Positions 19,720 to 27,458 of a DNA stretch of 44,079 bases are shown piece after piece. The notes beneath the pieces are model-generated. The model was not told the origin of the DNA. It saw nothing but the letters and a program-made list of their open reading frames with translations, and made no database searches. Each line of letters starts with the position of its first letter. The stretch's first letter is position 1. The stretch is from a virus (taxonomy: Duplodnaviria > Caudoviricetes), in the IMG/VR virus record IMGVR_UViG_3300030376_006920, positions 1 through 44,079 of that record; one strand, written 5' to 3'. Position numbers and translations under genes: made by a program.

Positions 19720-21456
19720 TTAGAATTCAACTCCCGTAGGTGTTACGTTAAAGTCTAAGATTATATATTCAGCTGTTTTAGTTGGTTGTAGGAAAATTTG
19801 TCCTACCATTTGATTTCTATCAATTACATCAGCTGTATTATTAGTATCATCCATTACAACTCTGTAAGAATATAATCCTTGACGTTGTTGAATTGATTCC
19901 ATATAAGGATTTACAGCAGCTAAGAATCTATTACGTGTTGCAGCTGTATTTTGTTCAAATAACAATGTTTTACCAATGTTTCCAACTGTACGTTTTAGTT
20001 CAATTAATAGTCTACGAACATTTACTCTATCTAATGCTGTTGCTTTAGTTTGTAATGTTTTCTGACCAAATACTACTGTTCCGTTTCCTGGGAATGTTGC
20101 TAATGGATTTACTTTTCCTAGATATAGTGTATCGCGATCAGCTGGAGATAATTTTCTTTCAGCTTGGATTACACCTCCTACGCCACCTCTGTTAAATCCA
20201 GCAGGTGCGAACCATTCAGCTCCGATTCTATCATTTGTTGCATATACTCCTGGGATTGCAGTTGATGCTGGTGACCAAATTAGTTTACCAGTTTCAAGTG
20301 ATTGCATTTGAACCCAAGGCCAGTATGTTGCAGCATAACTAGAATCAAGTGTTTGTGCGGAAGTTACGGTTTGATTAAGTGTTGAACCGTAATCTCTTGT
20401 ATCTACGATAGCGATTGCATCTCCTCTTTCTGTTACAGTATCAATCGCTGTAGCTACTGCTACGGCTCCGTTTTGTACTGTTACACCAGGCATAGATAAG
20501 ATTTCATAATCGTATTCGTCTGTGTTTTGTAATAAAGCTAATGATGCTGTATAATAAGAAGCTTCTAGACCTTGGATTGAAGAAATATCAATTTCATCAT
20601 TCATTTTTAATCTAGTGTTTCCATTAGCACCATTACCATATACATCTCCAGTTGCATTTAAGAAGGCACCTTCGTTAGATCCACTTCCTATTTGAGGTAG
20701 AGATGATGTAAATTCTGATTTGAAGTTTCCTTCGTTGTCTAAGTAATTTAATGTAGGTAATCCAACTGAAGATACTCTTACGTAACGGCTGTTATTAACG
20801 TAAGATCCTGTTGTTTGTACGAATTGGTTACCATCACTGTCAGTATCAAAGTTTTTAACTTGATTACCAATTACAGATTCAATATAATTTTCTGAATTTG
20901 GATCTAATGATAGATCAGACCAAGATTCTAATATTGTTTTTGTTCGTGAGTTATCGTCACCTCTACGAATTAATAAGTTAAATGTACCACTTCCTGAATC
21001 AACGTTTGCGATTTCATATCTTACGTTATCAGATGATCCACTTACTAATGAACCACTTGTAGATACACTACCTGAGTTGTTCATAATTTTACCTTGAGAA
21101 ATAGTTTCTAAAGTAAATGAAGATGAATCAGCGTGCATAATTGATCTAACGTCTGATGTTGCAGAACCAAATGATCCTGATGCAATACGTGTTACTATTG
21201 CTGTTTCGCCACCTTGTTGGAAGTAATTATTGATTGCGATTGAAGTTAAGTACTCATAGCGAATACTAGCACTTTCGAATGCGCCACCAAATTTATTTTT
21301 ATAGTCACTATATGAAGTAACTACTGTTGGTATATTAACGGGACCTTTTACAGTTGGGCCTAATAGAGCCAAACCTGCAACAACGGGTCCTTGAGTAACT
21401 AGTGATTGGTCATTCTCACGCGTTAATACTCCTGGGGATAATAATGTTTCAGCCAT
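19720..21456 (-). CDS. Tail sheath protein (T4 gp18-like)
   Basis: SPGVLTREND, YAATYWPW, WFAPAG.NRG, VNP, FGQKTL, DRVNVRRLL, FEQN, PTKTAEYI. Confidence 0.95.
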   Translation of the reverse strand: MAETLLSPGVLTRENDQSLVTQGPVVAGLALLGPTVKGPVNIPTVVTSYSDYKNKFGGAFESASIRYEYLTSIAINNYFQQGGETAIVTRIASGSFGSATSDVRSIMHADSSSFTLETISQGKIMNNSGSVSTSGSLVSGSSDNVRYEIANVDSGSGTFNLLIRRGDDNSRTKTILESWSDLSLDPNSENYIESVIGNQVKNFDTDSDGNQFVQTTGSYVNNSRYVRVSSVGLPTLNYLDNEGNFKSEFTSSLPQIGSGSNEGAFLNATGDVYGNGANGNTRLKMNDEIDISSIQGLEASYYTASLALLQNTDEYDYEILSMPGVTVQNGAVAVATAIDTVTERGDAIAIVDTRDYGSTLNQTVTSAQTLDSSYAATYWPWVQMQSLETGKLIWSPASTAIPGVYATNDRIGAEWFAPAGFNRGGVGGVIQAERKLSPADRDTLYLGKVNPLATFPGNGTVVFGQKTLQTKATALDRVNVRRLLIELKRTVGNIGKTLLFEQNTAATRNRFLAAVNPYMESIQQRQGLYSYRVVMDDTNNTADVIDRNQMVGQIFLQPTKTAEYIILDFNVTPTGVEF

Positions 21457-21479
21457 TTTTATTAGTTATTTTATCAATG

Positions 21480-21487
21480 ATAAATAT
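21480..21487 (-). promoter_or_regulatory. Putative late promoter ATATTTAT
   Basis: Intergenic, upstream of the sheath gene. Confidence 0.6.
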
Positions 21488-21507
21488 GTAGGGATATTTT
21501 AAAAATG

Positions 21508-21765
21508 TTATTCACTTGGTGTAATCTCACCTGTTTTTAAATCAATTTGAGCGCTACCGTATTTTTCTTTTAAAGTATCACCTAATTCTTTTTCTTGTAG
21601 AAGAATTTGTTCATATTGTATTTCTAAATTTTCTTCTTCTTTTTCAAGATTTAACTTCCTTAACGCTAACTGCCCTAATTGGTATGTTATAACGTTAATA
21701 TTTTGTTGAAAGTCTTCTAATGCTTTCAATTCCTCCTCTGTTACCTTTGTTTGTTGTATTGCCAT
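21508..21765 (-). CDS. Small coiled-coil protein (possible fibre assembly chaperone)
   Basis: Start moved to ATG 21765 (MAIQQTKV), which lies downstream of the motif at 21783; heptad pattern, KYG..IDLKTGE end. Confidence 0.75.
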   Translation of the reverse strand: MAIQQTKVTEEELKALEDFQQNINVITYQLGQLALRKLNLEKEEENLEIQYEQILLQEKELGDTLKEKYGSAQIDLKTGEITPSE

Positions 21766-21782
21766 AACGAATTTATTTACAT

Positions 21783-21790
21783 ATAAATAT
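21783..21790 (-). promoter_or_regulatory. Putative late promoter ATATTTAT
   Basis: Lies between a terminator and ATG 21765. Confidence 0.6.
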
Positions 21791-21809
21791 TTGTAGTACA
21801 TATGAGAAC

Positions 21810-21838
21810 AAAAAAAGGGAACGCTTTTACGTTCCCTT
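21810..21838 (-). terminator. Rho-independent terminator ending the fibre cluster
   Basis: Stem AAGGGAACG-N6-CGTTCCCTT running into a U-tract on the minus strand. Confidence 0.85.
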
Positions 21839-21860
21839 CTTTACACATTCAGTATCCCTA

Positions 21861-22562
21861 TTATTTTCCTTCTAGAGCTTTTACTCTTTCGGATAATTCT
21901 TTTACTGCTTCAATTAGTACTGCTGTTAATTTATCATATTTTACAGCTTTGTATCCATTTTCACGATCTGATACTAATTCAGGTAATACTTTTTCTATTT
22001 CTTGTGCAATTACACCTACGTCTTTCATATCGCCATAAACGTGTACACCTTCCATAGGAATCCAGTTATATGTGTATCCACCAATTGCTTCTACTTTTTC
22101 AACTGCATTTTCAATTGATGCTACATTTTCTTTTAAGCGCTCATCTGAAGAAGCAAACGCTACAACGTCGTTAGTTGCTAAGATAGCACCTACAACCCCT
22201 GATGGTGCTGTTCCAACTCCAATTCCATTAGTAGTAATACTACCTGTTTGTAGAATTGAACCTGTAAAGATTTGGTTATCAGCTTCTGTATCACCAAATA
22301 TATTTGATCCAGAAGAAATAATTGTAGAAGAAGATTCAAAAATTTGGTGTACAAATGTACCTGTAGCTGCAGTTATAGTTCCAGTTAAGGTAACATCATC
22401 ATCTAGGTTAACTGTAGTTCCAACTACAGAGATATTTGTACCTCCAATAGGAGCTACATTTGTTAATTGTCCACCATCTCCTTCAAAAGATCCACTAAAG
22501 TGACCACTGGAGGTAGCTGGTAATGTAATATCACCTTGTATTGTTGGATTATCTATTCTCAT
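21861..22562 (-). CDS. Short fibre protein with C-terminal intramolecular chaperone (peptidase S74) domain
   Basis: SSDERLKEN, GYTYNW, GVIAQEIE..LPELV, V.YDKL.AVLIEAVKEL. Confidence 0.88.
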   Translation of the reverse strand: MRIDNPTIQGDITLPATSSGHFSGSFEGDGGQLTNVAPIGGTNISVVGTTVNLDDDVTLTGTITAATGTFVHQIFESSSTIISSGSNIFGDTEADNQIFTGSILQTGSITTNGIGVGTAPSGVVGAILATNDVVAFASSDERLKENVASIENAVEKVEAIGGYTYNWIPMEGVHVYGDMKDVGVIAQEIEKVLPELVSDRENGYKAVKYDKLTAVLIEAVKELSERVKALEGK

Positions 22563-22602
22563 GTTATAATTTTGTTATAGGGGTTGAATGTTTTGTTCTA
22601 TA

Positions 22603-22610
22603 ATAAATAT
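22603..22610 (-). promoter_or_regulatory. Putative late promoter ATATTTAT
   Basis: Intergenic copy. Confidence 0.6.
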
Positions 22611-22627
22611 TAATTTTTTATGAAAAA

Positions 22628-22930
22628 CTATACTTTAACTATGATATGTCCGTTAAAATTATCAGCAAAATTAACAGTTATTGTGTTAGTATTATTTGAT
22701 ATAATGCTTTCAGGAACTACTACTGCAGCTCCGTTACTACCTGTTTCCCATACCGTAACTACAGGATAAGTTTCATTTAAAGAATGGGATACAACGTATG
22801 AACCTGTACTATCTAATATATCTTGTCTATGTGAAAAAGATGCACTTAATAGAATTAAGTTATTATCCATTTCTTCAATAGTTAATTTTCTACCTAAGCC
22901 CGAGCGTAATGTTAATGTTCCTGTTGGCAT
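22628..22930 (-). CDS. Small virion/fibre-associated protein
   Basis: LTLRS.LGRKLTIEEMDNN N-terminus; HSLNETYPVVTVW module shared with the 984-aa fibre. Confidence 0.75.
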   Translation of the reverse strand: MPTGTLTLRSGLGRKLTIEEMDNNLILLSASFSHRQDILDSTGSYVVSHSLNETYPVVTVWETGSNGAAVVVPESIISNNTNTITVNFADNFNGHIIVKV

Positions 22931-22944
22931 TTCTTGTATATATT

Positions 22945-22952
22945 ATAAATAT
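22945..22952 (-). promoter_or_regulatory. Putative late promoter ATATTTAT
   Basis: Intergenic copy. Confidence 0.6.
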
Positions 22953-22954
22953 TA

Positions 22955-23738
22955 TTAACTTATTCTAATCTTAATATCACTTCCATTTCTATATAGTCCT
23001 CCTAATGGAACTCCCCCTGCTTGTGCTGCTGAATCATCTGCAAAATTTAAACTTTCCGAAACTTCAGTTAATACTATATATCCGGTATCATTTAAGAATG
23101 AACCAGTAAATGAATTAGAGTTTTGATATGGACCAAATATACTACCTGTTAATGCAATATCACCAGATGATGCAAGAGCAGTACCTGCAAAATATTGTTC
23201 AACATAATCATCTATATAATCGTTAAATGATTCTATAGTTAATTTACCTTGCATTTCACCTGAACCAGTAAATGGGAAAGGGTTTACTCCATCAAAAGAT
23301 CCACTGAATGAGCCACTAAATACCCCGTCACCAGTCGATGCATACGAGGATGTAGTTGCGCTATTTGCGAATGATGCAGTGCCTGCTGTGTGTGAGGCTG
23401 TTACTGCTGTCAATGCGTGAGAAGCCGTATCAGGTACGTTTAGAGCATGTGATGCTGTTATAGCAAAACTTGAAGTACCTGTTAATTGAGCTCCTTCAAC
23501 AATTGATATTCCTCCAGATATTAAAAGAGAACCTGTTCTTTCATGAGTATCATCTGAAGTATCACCAAATTTAGTTGAACCACTAGAGTAAATTACTGAA
23601 GCAGTTTCATATATTGTTTCTAAGTGACCAATTGAGGCAGATGTAAGATAGGCTGCGGATGCAGTTAGGTTGCCTTCTATAAGCAGACGATAGTGATGCG
23701 TCAGACCCGCTGACGATAATTTTTTTCCAGTTTGGCAT
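22955..23738 (-). pseudogene. Fibre-associated gene (~260 aa) interrupted by a +1/-2 frameshift near 23685 (recoding, mutation or assembly error)
   Basis: ATG 23738 gives MPNWKKIIVSGSDASLSS (paralogous to MAEWKKIVVSGSD of the 984-aa gene) and stops at 23607; the +1 frame continues LIEGNLTASAAYL...YETASVIYSSGSTKFGD into the 152-aa ORF. Confidence 0.8.
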
Positions 23739-23752
23739 ATATACTCTATTAC

Positions 23753-23794
23753 GGTTGGTTACTCAAAATGAGCCCACTTCCCTTTCGGGCCAAT
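23753..23794 (-). promoter_or_regulatory. Structured 5' leader (candidate cis-regulatory RNA)
   Basis: ATTGG CCC-GAAA-GGG AAGTGG GCTCA-TTT-TGAGT AA CCAA: GC-rich potential three-way junction in an AT-rich spacer. Confidence 0.55.
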
Positions 23795-23805
23795 AATACT
23801 CCAAT

Positions 23806-23813
23806 ATAAATAT
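23806..23813 (-). promoter_or_regulatory. Putative late promoter ATATTTAT
   Basis: Just upstream of the structured leader. Confidence 0.6.
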
Positions 23814-23820
23814 ATAATAT

Positions 23821-24069
23821 CTAACCTAGAATATTTAGAACTTTTTGCAGTTTTAAAGTAAGACCATAGACTAATTCTACACTATCTCCTTTAAAATTTG
23901 AATTTTTAATTAAATGTAGAAGTACTTTTGTTTCCTCTGCATTTAAAGATAAATCTTCGTTTGAAGTTTGTTTCACTTGTTTTTTTCTTTTAGAGGTAGA
24001 GGAAGCAGCCTTTTGGGCTGCTTCTTTATCTCTAAGTTTATCAATTAAACCCATAACTTTTTTAAACAT
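23821..24069 (-). CDS. Small hypothetical protein
   Basis: 82 aa, co-oriented and tightly packed; start may be ATG 24054. Confidence 0.7.
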   Translation of the reverse strand: MFKKVMGLIDKLRDKEAAQKAASSTSKRKKQVKQTSNEDLSLNAEETKVLLHLIKNSNFKGDSVELVYGLTLKLQKVLNILG

Positions 24070-24075
24070 TTTCTA

Positions 24076-27030
24076 TTATATGTAAATATAAGCTTCGTTA
24101 TTATTAGTATCTACGAAAATAGTACCATTACCATTTGTGCCACCATATATTGGATCAGCTCCTCCTACTGGAGTTGAAGTTCCTTCTTGGATAACACCCA
24201 TAAAGGCATCTGGTGTAATTACTGAAGCAGTATCGTTTAGGTTTGATTCAAGTGCCCATCTGTTTGCACTGGAATCGTAAGCAAATGCTTTACCTTTACC
24301 ATCTGGATCATCATCGATTTGATTAACAATAATACCACCATCAATCGCACCGTTTGAACCTGATGCTAATATAATAAATTGATCTTCAACTGCCAACGAA
24401 GAGGCACTAACTATTGATCCACCTACTGTTAAATTACCAGCAACTGTTGCATCATTAGTAACTACTATGTTATTTCCAATTGTTACATTATCTGGTAAAC
24501 TAATTGTTACTGTATCATCTGTTACAGTTGTTGTAATTTCTCCAGCTGTACCATTGAATGAAGCAGTTTCTGATAGTAGGTTAATTGTTGTAGCACCTGA
24601 ATCACCTTGGAAGTTGAAATTCGTTGCTAATCCAGTTAATCCTGAACCATCTCCAATAAACGATCCACTAAATGCACCTGCACCACTTAAGGCATGAGAA
24701 GCACTTGTAGCACTATCTGCTTGTGAAGCTGTAGTAGCACTATCAGCAAAACTTGCTGTTGCTAATGGACTTAATAAAGTAGCTCTTGCAGCAACTGAAG
24801 CACTATCAGCAGTTCTAGCATCTGAGGCTAAGTCTGCGAATGAAGCTGTTGCATCAGCACTTAATAAAGTGGCTCTTGCAGCAACTGAAGCACTGTCTGC
24901 TGTTCTAGCATCTGAGGCTAAATCAGCGAATGAAGCTGTTACTGTAGGTGCTAATCCATTTGCTCTTGTAGCAACTGATGCTGTATCAGCTTGTGTTGCT
25001 TGAGAAGCACTTATTCCCATTCCACCGACCATTGCAGCAGCAACTCCGGCAGTATTTTCAGCAAAATATAATTTTACATTATTAGCATCAATACTTTCAA
25101 CTCTTTCTGGTAGTAATTGATCACCATCTGAATCGTAAGCTTGTACTATAGGATATACTTCATTTAAATTATGTTGGAATGACCATGTAGCAGCTGCTAC
25201 GGATTGATTTAACTTTTTAGTTGAACCTGATCCGAAGAAATCACCAAATATAAAGTCACCACTTGAATTTAATGCTAATCCTTGTCCTTCTAATCCCATT
25301 GATGTTGGGAAGGCAGCACCTGCTGTTATAGCTGAAGCAGTAACTGCATTTGTAGCATTAGAAGCTGAATCGGCTGTTCTAGCATCTGAGGCTAAATCAG
25401 CGAATGATGCAGTAGCATCAGCACTTAACGTTGTAGCACGAGCAGCTACTGATGCACTATCAGCAGTTCTAGCATCACTAGCTAAATCAGCAAAACTTGC
25501 TGTTGCTGTTGGTGCTAAAGCATTAGCTCTTGTAGCTACTGAAGCTGTTGCTTCAATTGAATTTGGTAAACTAACTGTTACTTTAACGTCATTACCTACT
25601 TTTGTTACTACAGTATCAATTTCACCGTCAGTACCTAAAATTTGTAAGTCATCTTGGATTAGATCAGCATCTGCTGTTCCAGTATCGCCGTCTACTGTTA
25701 ATGTAGTAGCTAATCCTGTTAATCCTGAACCATCACCTTGGAATGAACCACTAAATGATCCACTAATTTTATCTGAACTTATTACACCAGCAGTTACTGT
25801 TCCTGTAGTTGTAAAACTTCCAGTTTGTAGTATACTACCTGTAAATTGTTGTATGTCGTTTTGTGCATCACCGAATATATTCGATCCTGATGTAATAATT
25901 GTAGAAGAGGATTCGAATACTTGTAATACAAAGCTACCTGTTGTAGCGGAAATGCTTGTTAAACCAGTTAATGATGCAGCTGTAGTACCTAAATCAATTT
26001 CTGTGGTACCAATTGTTACACTATCATTCTGTAATTTAGCATTTGTTACGTTACCATCTGTAATTTTATCAGTAGTAACAGCATTTGTGCCTAATTTTGC
26101 TGTGGTAATATTACCATCGTGTACAGTACTTGCTAAGTCAGCAAATGATGCTGTTGCTAAATTACTTAATGTTGTAGCACGAGCGGCTACTGAAGCACTG
26201 TCTGCTGTTCTAGCGTCTGAGGCTAAGTCTGCGAATGATGCTGTAGCATCTGGGCTTAGTAAAGTAGCTCTTGCTGCAACAGATGCACTATCAGCTGTTC
26301 TAGCGTCACTTGCTAAATCAGCAAATGATGCTGTTGCGTCAGCACTTAATGTTGTAGCTCTATCAGCAACTGAAGCGGTTGAAGCATGAGCAGCTTCTGA
26401 TGCGCTTTCAGCGTTTGTTGCTAAAGAAGCTGTTACTGTAATACTATTAGGTAATCCTAATGTTACTCTAACATCGTTACCTACTTTTGTTACAGCAGTT
26501 TCAATTTCTTCTGAAGTACCTAAGATTTGGAGATCATCAGCAAGAAGATCTACGTCTTGTGTACCTGAATCACCATCTACGGTTAAATTTGTTGCTAAGC
26601 CAGTTAAACCTGATCCGTCACCTTGGAATGAACCACTGAAGGATCCACTAAAGAGACCATCACCACTTTCTGCAAATGAAGCTGTTGTAGCATCATCAGC
26701 TTGTGAAGCAGTTGCTTGTGGGCTTAAAGTTGTTGCACGAGCTGCTACAGAGGCAGAATCGGCTGTTCTAGCATCTGAAGCTAAATCAGCGAAACTTGCT
26801 GTTGCATCAGGGCTTAATAATGTTGCGCGTGCTGCTACTGAGGCACTATCAGCTGTTCTAGCGTCTGAAGCTAGATCAGCAAAAGACGCGGTTGCGTCTG
26901 CAGATAAGGTTGTGGCTCTTGCTGCAACGGATGCGGAGGCGATCGTTTGTGATCCTGATAAATATCCACTATCATTAACTAGTTGGGATATATCAGAGCC
27001 TGATACGACTATCTTTTTCCATTCTGCCAT
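24076..27030 (-). CDS. Long repeat-rich tail fibre protein
   Basis: 984 aa, Ala/Ser/Thr-rich; 30-aa repeats; SGSF.GDGSGLTG modules; VEDQFIILASGS...DGGIIV fibre motif. Confidence 0.85.
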   Translation of the reverse strand: MAEWKKIVVSGSDISQLVNDSGYLSGSQTIASASVAARATTLSADATASFADLASDARTADSASVAARATLLSPDATASFADLASDARTADSASVAARATTLSPQATASQADDATTASFAESGDGLFSGSFSGSFQGDGSGLTGLATNLTVDGDSGTQDVDLLADDLQILGTSEEIETAVTKVGNDVRVTLGLPNSITVTASLATNAESASEAAHASTASVADRATTLSADATASFADLASDARTADSASVAARATLLSPDATASFADLASDARTADSASVAARATTLSNLATASFADLASTVHDGNITTAKLGTNAVTTDKITDGNVTNAKLQNDSVTIGTTEIDLGTTAASLTGLTSISATTGSFVLQVFESSSTIITSGSNIFGDAQNDIQQFTGSILQTGSFTTTGTVTAGVISSDKISGSFSGSFQGDGSGLTGLATTLTVDGDTGTADADLIQDDLQILGTDGEIDTVVTKVGNDVKVTVSLPNSIEATASVATRANALAPTATASFADLASDARTADSASVAARATTLSADATASFADLASDARTADSASNATNAVTASAITAGAAFPTSMGLEGQGLALNSSGDFIFGDFFGSGSTKKLNQSVAAATWSFQHNLNEVYPIVQAYDSDGDQLLPERVESIDANNVKLYFAENTAGVAAAMVGGMGISASQATQADTASVATRANGLAPTVTASFADLASDARTADSASVAARATLLSADATASFADLASDARTADSASVAARATLLSPLATASFADSATTASQADSATSASHALSGAGAFSGSFIGDGSGLTGLATNFNFQGDSGATTINLLSETASFNGTAGEITTTVTDDTVTISLPDNVTIGNNIVVTNDATVAGNLTVGGSIVSASSLAVEDQFIILASGSNGAIDGGIIVNQIDDDPDGKGKAFAYDSSANRWALESNLNDTASVITPDAFMGVIQEGTSTPVGGADPIYGGTNGNGTIFVDTNNNEAYIYI
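24730..26945 (-). repeat. 90-bp coding repeats (ASVAARATTLSADATASFADLASDARTADS) in four blocks
   Basis: SFADLASDARTADS occurs 8 times in the translation, with 3 further partial units; boundaries approximate. Confidence 0.9.
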
Positions 27031-27075
27031 TTTGTATGTTTTTTAAATTAAGGGTTATTTGATATTAATTCTACT

Positions 27076-27083
27076 ATAAATAT
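27076..27083 (-). promoter_or_regulatory. Putative late promoter ATATTTAT
   Basis: Upstream of the 984-aa fibre gene. Confidence 0.6.
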
Positions 27084-27458
27084 TTAACTACCTACAAAAA
27101 GAGAAGAAGCACTATAAATAAGTGCACCACTTATTGCAGTTACATCTCCTTGATAGGGTGATAATACAAGTACACCTTCTTGGTTTACTTTAATACTACC
27201 ACTTGCATTTTTTACTAATAAAAGATCTTCATCTAATGACGAAGAAACTTCTAATTTTGCTGATGCAGATACTGTTCCAACACCTACTCTACCTGAATCT
27301 TTAGATATAAGTAAAACAGATTGATTTCCACCATTGGAGAACTCCAAATCTTCTGTATCTCCTAATGTTCTTAATACTACTGATCCTGTTATGTCATATC
27401 CATCAGCTGTAAAGTAAATAGAACCGGAGGCGGGAACTATTCTTACATTCTTAGCCAT
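27084..27458 (-). CDS. Small fibre-associated beta-rich protein
   Basis: GRVGVGT....AKLEV motif typical of phage fibre repeats. Confidence 0.75.
   Translation of the reverse strand: MAKNVRIVPASGSIYFTADGYDITGSVVLRTLGDTEDLEFSNGGNQSVLLISKDSGRVGVGTVSASAKLEVSSSLDEDLLLVKNASGSIKVNQEGVLVLSPYQGDVTAISGALIYSASSLFVGS

Noticed and set aside
21766-21801. N-terminal extension of the 97-aa ORF
   Set aside because: It spans the promoter motif at 21783; ATG 21765 is the more plausible start.
24730-26945. Regularly spaced repeats as a CRISPR array or DGR template/variable repeats
   Set aside because: The repeats are in-frame coding units without unique spacers, the differences are synonymous rather than adenine-specific, and no reverse transcriptase or cas gene is in the window.
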